Notes under the pieces: generated by a model
The model's database searches: none
Told to the model about the DNA's origin: nothing
What the model saw: the letters and a program-made list of their open reading frames with translations, nothing else
Shown here: one piece after another, positions 8,733 through 18,726 of the stretch
How the letters are laid out: the number at the start of each line of letters is the position of its first letter
Position numbering within the stretch: position 1 is the stretch's first letter
DNA from: Candidatus Bathyarchaeota archaeon
GTDB taxonomy: Archaea; Thermoproteota; Bathyarchaeia; Bathyarchaeales; Bathycorpusculaceae
Reading direction: 5' to 3'
Length of the DNA: 64,000 nt
Assembly (NCBI GenBank): GCA_963840325.1
Contig: CAWIYM010000006.1
Location: 13,698 to 77,697 of the forward strand
Made by a program: the position numbers and the translations under genes

Positions 8733-9983
8733 TCAAGATAAAACATTTTTTCCATTTATCCACTTAACGCCTGTAACTTCAGAGAGTTCTTTTTTTAGAG
8801 CAACTATGTCTTCCACCCCCAGCTTCTTGATATCATCTTTTCCAATAATTCTCAATAGATTCGCAACTTCCAAATTTGAAACATTAATGAAATTTGTCAG
8901 CCTACGAACCCCCTCCTCGACATCTAGTCGTTGAACTAAGACAGGGTCATTTGTAGTCACTCCAGTCGGGCAACGTCCTGTATGGCAGACACGGTATTGC
9001 TGACAGTTTATGGCTATCAAAGCAGAAGTCCCGATGTAAATTGCGTCTGCACCAAGGGCTAAGCACTTTGCGAAATCCGCCGAGGTTCTCAATCCACCGC
9101 CAGCTATCAAGCTTATTTTACTCCTTAGACCAATCTTTTTCAAATGCCTGTCTGCTCTTGGTAGAGCCACAACAATGGGAATTCCAACGTTCTCTCTGAC
9201 AAAAAATTCAGTAGCTCCCGTTCCCCCGCCAAATCCATCAAGAGAAATGAAGTCTACACCGCTGTTTGCTAGAATTTCAATGTCATTCTCGACATTTCCA
9301 CAACCGATCTTAGCGCCTATAGGACTTCCACCGGTTGACTCTCTCAACCATCTTATTTTTTCTTTAAGCTCAACTTCATTTCTTATGTCAGAGTGATGTG
9401 CAGGAGTGTGCATAGCTTCTCCTTCTTTTAGCGCCATCAACTTTGCTACTTCCGGCGGCACTTTTTCTGCAGGCAATAGACTCTCCCAACCGGGATATGC
9501 TCCTTGGCCAAACCTGATTTCAACCGATGCAATCTTTTTAAGAATCTCATCACTTACTCTCAATTTCCCTGTAGAGTACTGTACAATCAAATTTTTCGAT
9601 GCAATATCCAGCTCTTCTGGCAGAACAATATCTTCCCCCGAGTTTAACCCAAGATCCAGTTTCGAAGCAACTTTCGCTAGAACCAACCTCACATTTCGAG
9701 ATACAGCTCCATAGCTCATTCCACTGAACATAATTGGAGAAGAAACTTTCAGAGGCTTTTTTGCTCCGGGTCCAATAACAGCCTCTATGCTCACCTCTTC
9801 GTCTGTATTGAGTGGAATTTTGGAAACTTGCGCAGGCACAAAATGAAGGTCATCAAGAGAAAACGGCATTTTTTTAAGAGATCCCATAGAACATAGCATG
9901 CTGGTTCTTTTGTCGGCCAAGTATCTTATTTCATTTGTTTTAGAATAAATTTCTTCTCTCTCATCTAAACCCTTGTTAATCAT
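8733..9983 (-). CDS. FMN-binding glutamate synthase-related protein (stand-alone GltB2-like)
   Basis: GMSYGA, NSGE, DGFGGGTGA, GGLRT..D..K.LALGADA, CQQYRVCHTGRCPTGV [3Fe-4S] motif. Confidence 0.88.
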   Translation of the reverse strand: MINKGLDEREEIYSKTNEIRYLADKRTSMLCSMGSLKKMPFSLDDLHFVPAQVSKIPLNTDEEVSIEAVIGPGAKKPLKVSSPIMFSGMSYGAVSRNVRLVLAKVASKLDLGLNSGEDIVLPEELDIASKNLIVQYSTGKLRVSDEILKKIASVEIRFGQGAYPGWESLLPAEKVPPEVAKLMALKEGEAMHTPAHHSDIRNEVELKEKIRWLRESTGGSPIGAKIGCGNVENDIEILANSGVDFISLDGFGGGTGATEFFVRENVGIPIVVALPRADRHLKKIGLRSKISLIAGGGLRTSADFAKCLALGADAIYIGTSALIAINCQQYRVCHTGRCPTGVTTNDPVLVQRLDVEEGVRRLTNFINVSNLEVANLLRIIGKDDIKKLGVEDIVALKKELSEVTGVKWINGKNVLS

Positions 9984-10181
9984 GAGATTTAGCCTTCACA
10001 GACTTATTTATTTAGCTAACTATATTGAAGGTTAGCTGCCTAACTGTAAAATGTTCGCGTTCTTGGTTGAACTCAAAACATTTATTCCGAATGATATCAA
10101 ACAAAAAACATTCAGCAATGAATCACCGTGACTTTGATTTCCAATCTATATTTATACCGCTTTAGTTTATAGGAAAAGCTG

Positions 10182-10556
10182 GTGCTTGACTTGAAAACCT
10201 TTGAATTAACAATCCCCAAACAGTACTTAGACCTCATCAACAAAGAAATTAAAAAACCAAAACGACCCAACACTGAACTCTTAGAACTCTGGCTAGAACG
10301 AGAATTAAGCGTCGAAAACAAAGGCACCTACGGGAACCTCCCAATAGACGAAAGTCACGTAACAGTGCAGCTTCTACCAAACGGAAATTACAAAATAACA
10401 ATTTCAGATGTAGTCTTTGGCATGATAAAATCCCACGTGCAACCCGAACCACACAGCCACAAAATCCACAACGAAGACACATTCCACTGCTGGCTTGACC
10501 TAAAAACAGACAAAGTCCACGCAGAAGAACACATAAAAGTCAAAGAAACAGCCTAA
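10182..10556 (+). CDS. Hypothetical protein
   Basis: 124-aa ORF, GTG start, upstream TATA-like TATATTTATA; no recognisable motif. Confidence 0.6.
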   Translation: MLDLKTFELTIPKQYLDLINKEIKKPKRPNTELLELWLERELSVENKGTYGNLPIDESHVTVQLLPNGNYKITISDVVFGMIKSHVQPEPHSHKIHNEDTFHCWLDLKTDKVHAEEHIKVKETA

Positions 10557-11042
10557 ACCTTTAGTTACCAAATTTAGTTTAAGTTTCTATTTTCTATAAA
10601 ACTCCACCACACGTTTTATCTGAAGCCTTTAGGGTAAACATTGGGTAAAAAGTCGACAAAATCTGTTTTTTGCACATTTTCGTGTTTAGGCAATCGAGAA
10701 AAAATCAAACTCCACCTGCAGAAAATGCTGTCGCACAGTTGACATTGCCTATAAGCGGGTTGTTCTCTATTTGTGGCTTCCCGAGATTGAGAAAATATGT
10801 TCGCACAAATAGTAATGGATTGCCAAACCAAAAAAGAAACAGTGAGCTGTGAATACTGTATTGTAAAAGAAACTTGTCATCTCCGTTTAGAATTAGGCGA
10901 TATAGAAAAGAAAGAGCCGCCAAGATTTTTGGTTCCTCTTTTACTTATAGCCTAAGTTTTGGGTAATATCTTTAAGCATTAATCAACGGTACATACAATA
11001 ATCTATGGTTAATTTAGATTAAGAATGTTTAATTGAAGAGAG

Positions 11043-14000
11043 ATGGGCAATCGGTTGAGCGACGACTCAAATTTAGAGCATTCACACAAAAAGAAGCGAA
11101 AAGATTCCTTAACTGCTTCAGGAATAGCAGAGTATATCCGCTTTAACTGTTGCCCCCGCTTCTTTAAGCTGAGACTCCAAGACGATGATGAAGCAGAAAG
11201 CCGCAAATGGCCTACATTTAAACCCATCAGCCCTCTGCTCTACGGCGTGGGGAAAGCGCTTGAGGAAAAAAAAATATCCGAACTCAAAATCAAAGCAGCC
11301 GAATACCACGATTTTAACCAATATGTTGAAAACGAGAGGGCTTCCTTCGATAATCTGCGGGAAGTCATAGAGCACCAGATTTCTACCGAAGAAAGGGCTG
11401 ACGGTAAGCCTGTTCTGCTCTATCAGGTTCCAATGTTGGGAAAGATTGGAGTGTGGAAAGTTAAAGGCATCGCCGACTTGATTGCTCTTTGGCGTTGTAA
11501 AGACGGAAAAGTGAAGGTAAGAATTTTTGAACTCAAATCTTCTTGGCTGGAGCAGACTGCTCACCGAATACAAGTAGCCATCTATGTACTGCTACTATCA
11601 AAAGAATTAGAGAACCTATTGCCCAAAATCGACATTGAAGGCGGAGTAATCAATAGGGAAACGAATTTGGAAAATCTCTATCCAGAAACTCTCCCCAAAT
11701 TCAAACTCAGTCCATTAATTCAGGATGTTGAACGCCTACTATCTGAAAATGGCGAGCTAAATCGGATTCACAAAACGCCTCTGCCAGAGGTTGAGTATCA
11801 GCTTTGCTCAAGATGCGACAACTGCGGGTTCAACGAATATTGCATTGTTTACTCTGTAGAAAATGAAAGTATTGCGTTGCTTAATTTGAGTAGGGGCGAA
11901 CAGAGAGCCCTGGGGAAATACGGAGTTAAACGACTTGAAGATCTGGCAAGATTAAAGGTAATGTTGGAATTCAGCGATTTGCGACCCTACGATTTCAAAG
12001 GCATCCCAGCAAGAGAACCGGAAAAGGTACGTGAAATCGCCACTGACCGTGTTATAGGGGCAAAGTTGGATTGGTTGGTTCAACGTGCCCAGTACATGCT
12101 GGGTGGAATTCGACCCAGCAGCGCCTACGCAAGCAAAAGCAAATGGATGCCTTGGCTAACAGGAACCGGCTACGGTGGACTTCCCGAGGATAGCCCTTCA
12201 AACGGCATGGATTCAGCGCTTCTCTTTAGTCCAGACGGCATGATACGCGTTTACCTCTTCGTTGAACGCGACTATATGTTAGATGTTATTTCGATAATTA
12301 GCGCTAGAGTGGATTGCACACGCTATAAGGGCGAACCTTTGGCAATATCAAATGTCATCGCCAGTCTCCCAGATGACCGAAAAGAATGTTTAGACGAAGA
12401 AAAGAAACTGCTGGAAGCATTCTTCCAAGACCTCACACAAGCCATTACAAAAATAGCAATCGAAGTAGGCAGCCCCCATGAAGCCCCGATCCATCTTTAC
12501 TTCTTCAGTCGAAGTGAACGCGACATACTGATGGAAGCAGTACGCCGCCAGCCAACCCTGCTAAGTGCAATGGCTATCAGAGACCTTTTAGGCTTAAGAC
12601 AAGCCATCGATCAACCGATGTTTTCAGTTCTCCAAGATGAAGTAGTGCATAGAAAAGCTCTAAAGTTTCACAGTACTGGGCTTTTACCAATTCTTGAGCA
12701 ATCAAGTTTTTTTGAAAATAAGGCGTGGTCGGCAACCCGCAAAGACGGCTCAACGGTTGACTTACGTTTAGTTTTTCGTGATGGACTGTTTAATTATTCA
12801 CTTCCCTACAAAAGAAATCCTGATGGATCAATCAATTTTCTTGAAGATGGATATGGACACAAAGATGGATATTACCCCGCTCGCGCTCGATTCGGCAACC
12901 AAATACCCATTGAATACCTGTGGGCTGCCAAAGGACGTTTAGATAATTATACGACTAAAGTTTTGCTCGAGAAGCATAAATGGTGCGATTATGTACAAAA
13001 GACAAGGCGAATTACTGACGAAGAACTAAACCTCATGGGCCTAAAGCTCTGCATGGCTCTTGAACATATTGAACGATCATTAACGATTCGTAACAGGCGG
13101 TTGGGCAAGAAACCGATTCCTGTCCCCACAATTGCAACATTTTCATTGGGCACTTCAACACTTGAGCGTGGTTGTAGAGAATTCTTAGATTTAGAGTATT
13201 TTTCTAAGCGACAAGAAATGTATCAACACTACGCTTTGCTTCCCTACCAGCGCGTGGCTTCCGGCAGGTCTCTGATTTTTGAATGCACATGCATCACTGA
13301 ATCTGAGAAAGATTTTGTAGTTCGCGGAAAACTTGTCTATGAAGGTATTGGACTGCCCAAGGCTGATTGTGTAGCTAACGCTTGCAGAGTTAAGGGCGGG
13401 GATGGGTCAAGTTCGGGCGATTGGATGGTTGTCACCGAACTTAGACGCAATGAGCAGGGGCAGTTTGAGGAATCTCAGAAACGCTCTCCGTCCGAAGTAG
13501 AAAAATCTGCCCGAGCTATAGTCGAAAATGTTGACGTTCGAAAAGGTGAGTTAGTCATTAATGTGGTTAGTTGGCCCAGCGGCAAAGGCAGAAAATACAG
13601 TGCCTGGCATAATCTCCCAACTACTGACCCTGAGAAGACAAAAAACAAGTACATGCAGATCTTCGAAGTTGGAAGGATATACATATTAGATGAGTTGGCA
13701 GATGACATTATTTCCGATAGAGCTGCTAAGTGCCTTGATTATGCCGGCAACAATGTGCTTTACGGTTTGTTGGCAGGCTTTTTAGCTGGCAAATCGGAGG
13801 CTTCTTTACACAAAGCTTTGGATAGGGATACAGCTTTGCCGTTTTTCCGTTGGGTTGAAGGCAGAAGGTTTTCGCCTAAAGCTGAGCAGCAACGATTCAT
13901 TGAACGGGTTTTTGGGAAAGAACAGATTGTTATGTTGCAGGGTCCGCCTGGAACCGGAAAGACTGAGACCTTGCAACTGGCGGTTTTAGCTCATGTCGCT

Positions 14001-15362
14001 GCACACAGAGCCAATGGCAGGTGCCGAGTTTTGATGGTTGCACCAACCCACAAAGCAATCCAAGAGTTCGTTAGCAAACTCGCACGCTGCTGGCAAGAAT
14101 ACTGCAAAGAAGGCGGCAAAGACCTAAAAGACCTACATATTTACAGGGTTTTGAGCAGCTCCACTTCTTCCGCCAAGCCCATCGACGGCGTGACCTACGT
14201 TAACTACAACGAGGACGAAGCAACCGTTCAGGAACTCACGGATAGCTTAATGAACCAAGCAACATTAACTCCCGCAGCTTCGGGTTCAGATCCTTTGATT
14301 TTATGCGTCACTCCTCCAGGCTTGTACGGGTTAATGAAGAAAATCGGCGATTCAGAACCTCCTTGGGGGGAAGGCTTCTTTGACTTACTCGTAGTAGATG
14401 AGGCTAGCACGATGCGTCTCCCCGAACTCATTCTTTCAGGCTCATTCCTAACTAAAGGCTCACAGATTCTCGTGGCGGGAGATCATCGCCAGTTGCCACC
14501 AATTCAAGCACACAACTGGGAAAAAGAAGACCGCCGAACACTCGAAGAAATGGCATCCTTCCTCTCAGCTATGGATTTCCTTCGCCTATTGCGCCAAGAA
14601 GACCTCGGAATTGAACGAATAAGCTGCAAACATCCCGCAGATATACCGGCAGAGCGATTGTGCGAAAGCCACAGGTGCCACTCGGTTGTAGCTGAGTTTT
14701 TGCGGGAATGGGTGTATGAAAAAGACAAGATTGATTTTCGATCAGACCAGAAACACAAGTTAGCAACATTGAAACCTAAGACTGATGGTTTAGGAGTTGT
14801 TTTGGAGCCAGAAAACGTCTTTGTGCTGATTGTGCATGATGAAGCGGAGAGTTTCCAGTCAAACCTTGTTGAGGCGTCTATTGTTGAGGCGTTGGTTCGT
14901 AACGTGAAATCTGAGGGTATAGGTGTTATAACTCCGCATAATGCCCAGAAAGGCTTGCTGAAGAACATGTTGTCGGAGGGCTGCGAAAACGCCCGAATTG
15001 ACACCGTTGAACGCTACCAAGGCGGCGAAGCAGACTTGATCATAATTTCCACTACAGTGAGCGACCCCGACTATGTTCGTAGCGAAAGCGACTTTCTGCT
15101 TAACTTGAACCGAATTAACGTTGCCATTTCGCGAATGAAGAAAAAAATAGTTATCGTTGCGAGCAGATCGATTTTTGAGTTCATGCCACAAGACGCCAAA
15201 GACTACGATAAAGCACTGCTATGGCGAGGCATTTCACAGACCGTTGGTTTTACGGCTGACTCAAAAGCACAGTGGACCGGGGCTTTATCAGAGTTACTTG
15301 GACATGCGGCTTCTCCAATAAAAGTTGAAGTCTACGTTAAGTCTGAGAAGCCTAAAGGTTAG
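11043..15362 (+). CDS. Cas4/RecB-like PD-(D/E)XK nuclease fused to SF1B (Dna2/Upf1-like) helicase
   Basis: N-term CCPR, GIADLI, FELKSS, HRIQVAIY, CDNCGFNEYC; C-term QGPPGTGKT, VVDEAS, GDHRQLPP, VITPHNAQ, TVERYQG, NRINVAISR. Confidence 0.9.
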   Translation: MGNRLSDDSNLEHSHKKKRKDSLTASGIAEYIRFNCCPRFFKLRLQDDDEAESRKWPTFKPISPLLYGVGKALEEKKISELKIKAAEYHDFNQYVENERASFDNLREVIEHQISTEERADGKPVLLYQVPMLGKIGVWKVKGIADLIALWRCKDGKVKVRIFELKSSWLEQTAHRIQVAIYVLLLSKELENLLPKIDIEGGVINRETNLENLYPETLPKFKLSPLIQDVERLLSENGELNRIHKTPLPEVEYQLCSRCDNCGFNEYCIVYSVENESIALLNLSRGEQRALGKYGVKRLEDLARLKVMLEFSDLRPYDFKGIPAREPEKVREIATDRVIGAKLDWLVQRAQYMLGGIRPSSAYASKSKWMPWLTGTGYGGLPEDSPSNGMDSALLFSPDGMIRVYLFVERDYMLDVISIISARVDCTRYKGEPLAISNVIASLPDDRKECLDEEKKLLEAFFQDLTQAITKIAIEVGSPHEAPIHLYFFSRSERDILMEAVRRQPTLLSAMAIRDLLGLRQAIDQPMFSVLQDEVVHRKALKFHSTGLLPILEQSSFFENKAWSATRKDGSTVDLRLVFRDGLFNYSLPYKRNPDGSINFLEDGYGHKDGYYPARARFGNQIPIEYLWAAKGRLDNYTTKVLLEKHKWCDYVQKTRRITDEELNLMGLKLCMALEHIERSLTIRNRRLGKKPIPVPTIATFSLGTSTLERGCREFLDLEYFSKRQEMYQHYALLPYQRVASGRSLIFECTCITESEKDFVVRGKLVYEGIGLPKADCVANACRVKGGDGSSSGDWMVVTELRRNEQGQFEESQKRSPSEVEKSARAIVENVDVRKGELVINVVSWPSGKGRKYSAWHNLPTTDPEKTKNKYMQIFEVGRIYILDELADDIISDRAAKCLDYAGNNVLYGLLAGFLAGKSEASLHKALDRDTALPFFRWVEGRRFSPKAEQQRFIERVFGKEQIVMLQGPPGTGKTETLQLAVLAHVAAHRANGRCRVLMVAPTHKAIQEFVSKLARCWQEYCKEGGKDLKDLHIYRVLSSSTSSAKPIDGVTYVNYNEDEATVQELTDSLMNQATLTPAASGSDPLILCVTPPGLYGLMKKIGDSEPPWGEGFFDLLVVDEASTMRLPELILSGSFLTKGSQILVAGDHRQLPPIQAHNWEKEDRRTLEEMASFLSAMDFLRLLRQEDLGIERISCKHPADIPAERLCESHRCHSVVAEFLREWVYEKDKIDFRSDQKHKLATLKPKTDGLGVVLEPENVFVLIVHDEAESFQSNLVEASIVEALVRNVKSEGIGVITPHNAQKGLLKNMLSEGCENARIDTVERYQGGEADLIIISTTVSDPDYVRSESDFLLNLNRINVAISRMKKKIVIVASRSIFEFMPQDAKDYDKALLWRGISQTVGFTADSKAQWTGALSELLGHAASPIKVEVYVKSEKPKG

Positions 15363-15598
15363 TAAATTAAACTACTTCTTTTAGAAGTGGAGCGTCTGGA
15401 TATTTTTACTATTGTCCATGACACTATGTTGCGGTTTATTGGTTGTCGTTGTGACTAACAGTTTGGTTTGAATAAGAGGCACCAGTGGTTGGTTTATTTT
15501 TTTCTTCTGGAACAACAACTGGAAGAATAATTGACTCGCTATTAATTGAATCTGTCGAACTAAAATCTTAAACTGAGGAAAATTGCTTTGTACGATAC

Positions 15599-15982
15599 TT
15601 AGCTTTCCTGTTCTTTTATAACTAACCTGTCGCGCACCGTAGCAATGAGCTCTTCAGCTTTGACTGGTTTAACCAAAAAGTCGTCTGCTCCATAATCGGC
15701 GGCTTTTTTGCCAACTTCATCAGTGGAGAAACCTGTGATGATAATTTTAATTGTCCGAGAATCATTTGTCATATTCAGAAGAAGATCAGTTCCATCCATG
15801 TCGGGAAGCCTTACATCAACTAGACAAACATCAAATTTTTCGTTATTAATTTTTTCCAAGGCATCTTTGCCAGTTTCCGCTGTCTCGACTAAGTATCCTT
15901 CTTTCTCTAAAATATTTTTAAAAACCCTCAGGATACTTACGTCGTCATCTATTACAAGAATTCGCTTTTTGTCTTCATTCAT
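15599..15982 (-). CDS. Stand-alone response regulator receiver protein
   Basis: ILVIDDD, LVDVRLPD (phospho-Asp), ITG, FLVKP. Confidence 0.93.
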   Translation of the reverse strand: MNEDKKRILVIDDDVSILRVFKNILEKEGYLVETAETGKDALEKINNEKFDVCLVDVRLPDMDGTDLLLNMTNDSRTIKIIITGFSTDEVGKKAADYGADDFLVKPVKAEELIATVRDRLVIKEQES

Positions 15983-16092
15983 CTAAATCCCTCTTATCAT
16001 GAATTCCAAGATACCACAAGAGTTTTTTCTCGAAACCTAATGAAAGCACGGTAACATGGGAAGTACAACTTGAAGTTTAAAAGGAAGCTGGT

Positions 16093-16371
16093 TTAACTCC
16101 AACTTCTAAGAGGAGCAATTGGAATTGTCCTCATAGCTACCACGCCTTCGATAGGCCTCACAATGTCACCAACGAAATGCAGTGCATTCTCGTTTGTATC
16201 TGCCTCAAACAGAACAGCAAAGTCCCATTTGCCAAACACCTGATACGCTTCCTCAAGCTTAATGCCGCCAATCGGTTTTTCTTTCCACTTCATTATTTCA
16301 GCATACAACTTTCCTGACCCAGCAGAACCCAACTTTATGAAAGAAAGGTACTTCTGTTTAGACTTCTCCAA
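16093..16371 (-). CDS. GYD / Lrp ligand-binding-like dimeric alpha-beta barrel protein
   Basis: YQVFGKWDFAVLFEA resembles the G(Y/W)D motif; TTG start with GGTG SD. Confidence 0.7.
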   Translation of the reverse strand: MEKSKQKYLSFIKLGSAGSGKLYAEIMKWKEKPIGGIKLEEAYQVFGKWDFAVLFEADTNENALHFVGDIVRPIEGVVAMRTIPIAPLRSWS

Positions 16372-17270
16372 TTAGAACACCAATAAAGAAAACTATCCTA
16401 GTTACCGCTTTAAGGGTATGTGGATGGCTTAACACAACAACAAACTGTGATCATTAAAACTTTGTTAAATCGATTCCCAATCGTTGGAAAGTTGGGTAAT
16501 TCGTTTAAGATGTAGATTGACGCAAGATCTCTTCTATTTCTCCATCTTTTTTCCGCAACTATTTTAAGGGCAGGAAGGCTCCTCGAGGATTTTTCAGGTA
16601 CTTTATCGTTGAATAGTGCATTGAAGATTTTAGCGCTGAAATTTAAAATTCGCAGTAATCAAAAAGGAAACATTCCAAATTGCAAAAGAAAAATTTGATG
16701 AGATATTTAAGGTGCATTCATGCAATGAGGAGAAGTTGCTGCTGCTGTTGCTGCTGCAACTGTACAATGCACTATAGTTGCAACAATCACACCAAAATCT
16801 GCTTTTCTTTTATTAGATAACCAATTGCTTCCGCTAACATCGTACAATAGAATTGATCTACAACACATGTTTTTTAAAGATTTTCGCTATTGCTGACTTT
16901 ATGAAAGACCTTGCCTAAACTTGTACTGGCTGGTTAACCCAAGAAAAACGTGGTCTTGATCACAACGTGCCAGAAAGTAACGGTTCACTAAGAGGTTGTG
17001 GCTACAATTCAACAAATACAACCAACAAAGTCTCCAAACCAACCCAACTCAAAAATCCAACCCAAAAAACAACCCCACAAAAAAATTCCGTAGAAAAACC
17101 CACAACAACAATCAATTCAAGACTCTAAAATCAACAAAATTATTATGGAAAAACGATTTTCTTCTTCTAAAGAAAGATTAATTCACTATCTTTGTAAAGA
17201 TTGAAGGTTTATTCACAAATCTTAAAAGCGCGAATTCAAATAAACACGTTATCAATGCAAGGTGTTACTG

Positions 17271-17873
17271 ATGGGGTTTCTAAAAAAATTCACAAACAAA
17301 TTAACTGCTCCTGACGCCATTGTCCAATTAAGAGTTAACAACTACTCGGTTGCGTTAGGAGATAATCTTCAAGGAAGCCTCAACATTAATTCCAAAGAGG
17401 ATTTTGAAACCACAGAAATTCGATGCGAAATTACTTGTGTTGAACAAGCTAAGGTCATTAAACTGGTCTATGATGCCGCCCTCAAAAGATCGATTCCTCG
17501 AGTCGTGGATGAGTCGATCGTTATTTACAGCGCAAAACCAGCACTTAGTGGACCAACACACTTCACCAACGGCGAAAATCGAAGCGTACCAATCAGCATT
17601 AACATTCCAGCAGGTGTAAGACCAACGTATGCGGGTGTGGATCGACGAGTGACATGGACCATAAAAGGTGTCCTATCCGTAGATGGCAGACCCGACAGGA
17701 CAACGGAAACGTATGAAATCCAAGTTATAACGCCAACAGTGCAAGCTCAAGTGGCGACAGTACAAAAAGAGGTAATTCGCACTGTAGTTATGATTCCTTG
17801 TAAGTACTGCCAAGGACTCATGGACCAAACCTTAACTATCTGCCCTAACTGTGGTGCAAAAAGAACAATTTAG
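17271..17873 (+). CDS. Arrestin/Spo0M-like protein with C-terminal zinc ribbon
   Basis: GDNLQGSLNI..EIRCEI..ISINIP..PTY.G...VTWTIKG beta-sandwich pattern; CKYC..CPNCG terminus. Confidence 0.7.
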   Translation: MGFLKKFTNKLTAPDAIVQLRVNNYSVALGDNLQGSLNINSKEDFETTEIRCEITCVEQAKVIKLVYDAALKRSIPRVVDESIVIYSAKPALSGPTHFTNGENRSVPISINIPAGVRPTYAGVDRRVTWTIKGVLSVDGRPDRTTETYEIQVITPTVQAQVATVQKEVIRTVVMIPCKYCQGLMDQTLTICPNCGAKRTI

Positions 17874-17943
17874 ACTGAAGAAAAAAGAAGTTTATAGTTC
17901 GATGTTGACAGGACTACACAGATAGCTTTCTTCTTGAGAGTAC

Positions 17944-18027
17944 CTATTCTTCTTCGTCTTCGCAATCGTCGCAATCGCAGTCGCAATCTTCATCTTCTTC
18001 TTCGAAACCAAAAACAATTTTTTGCAT
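17944..18027 (-). CDS. Putative 27-aa acidic Cys-rich micro-protein MQKIVFGFEEEDEDCDCDCDDCEDEEE
   Basis: Hand translation of minus strand, ATG 18027 to TAG 17944; strongly codon-periodic; TATA-like CTATATTTAG about 60 nt upstream. Confidence 0.6.
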   Translation of the reverse strand: MQKIVFGFEEEDEDCDCDCDDCEDEEE

Positions 18028-18163
18028 TTCTTAAAACCAAACAAGTTTAGGTAAAAGAAACTAAATAAACCCTCTTGTTCAATTCTAAATATAGCCAATA
18101 TGTTTCTTTGAGCTAATTATTCTGAAAAAACAATTAAAGCAATAATCAACCAACCACTTAACC

Positions 18164-18588
18164 ATGGTTTACAATTACAACAGAGTCGGCGAACGTATCG
18201 ATCCTGGAGTCTTCTCAGCGCTAGAACTCGACGTCTGTGACTTTCTGTACCATAAACAGGTAATTTTCAATTATGAGTTCATGGAATTTTGCCTTTAAAA
18301 AGAAAATCCAATGTTACCTATAAACCAGATTTTCTTCTGCCTCAAATGACAAACAATAGGCGGAAAATAATGCTTGAACCCCACGGCATCAGAAACAACC
18401 TTATAGATTTCCTGGCTAAATTGGCGGTTTTCTGCAAACACTACTGCGATTACTTCTGTTTAATTCTTATAGTACACGACCATTACATCGAAGTAATCGA
18501 ACGATTCGATAGAAAGCAAACCTCTGACGATTTTTTGTGGAAACAAAGCAACTAGAAAACGCAATTTGAAAACTTCCACAGTTCTTAG
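18164..18588 (+). pseudogene. Disrupted small PD-(D/E)XK-type endonuclease
   Basis: ATG 18164 ORF (SALELDVCDFL..NYE) joins by a 1-nt shift at ~18289 to YKPDF..LEPHG; in-frame TAG at 18553-18555 followed by 10 more codons. Confidence 0.6.
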
Positions 18589-18726
18589 ATATCTGCATCA
18601 AAAAAAAAGTTTTAAGTCCCAATTTTTAGCTCATCTTATTAAACTGATTGATTTAGCTTTTAATACACAAACAATAAATTGCCTTCTTCACCATTTTATA
18701 TTATCTCTGAATAAGAATTTGGGAGA

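Noticed and set aside
16707-16868. 53-aa minus-strand ORF (MCCRSILL...AAATAAATSPH) over a GCT repeat
   Set aside because: Several frames on both strands read equally plausibly; could be a decayed gene, but no identity or strand can be supported
18553-18555. Pyrrolysine-type amber readthrough
   Set aside because: Single case in an already frameshifted gene and no pyl genes in the window
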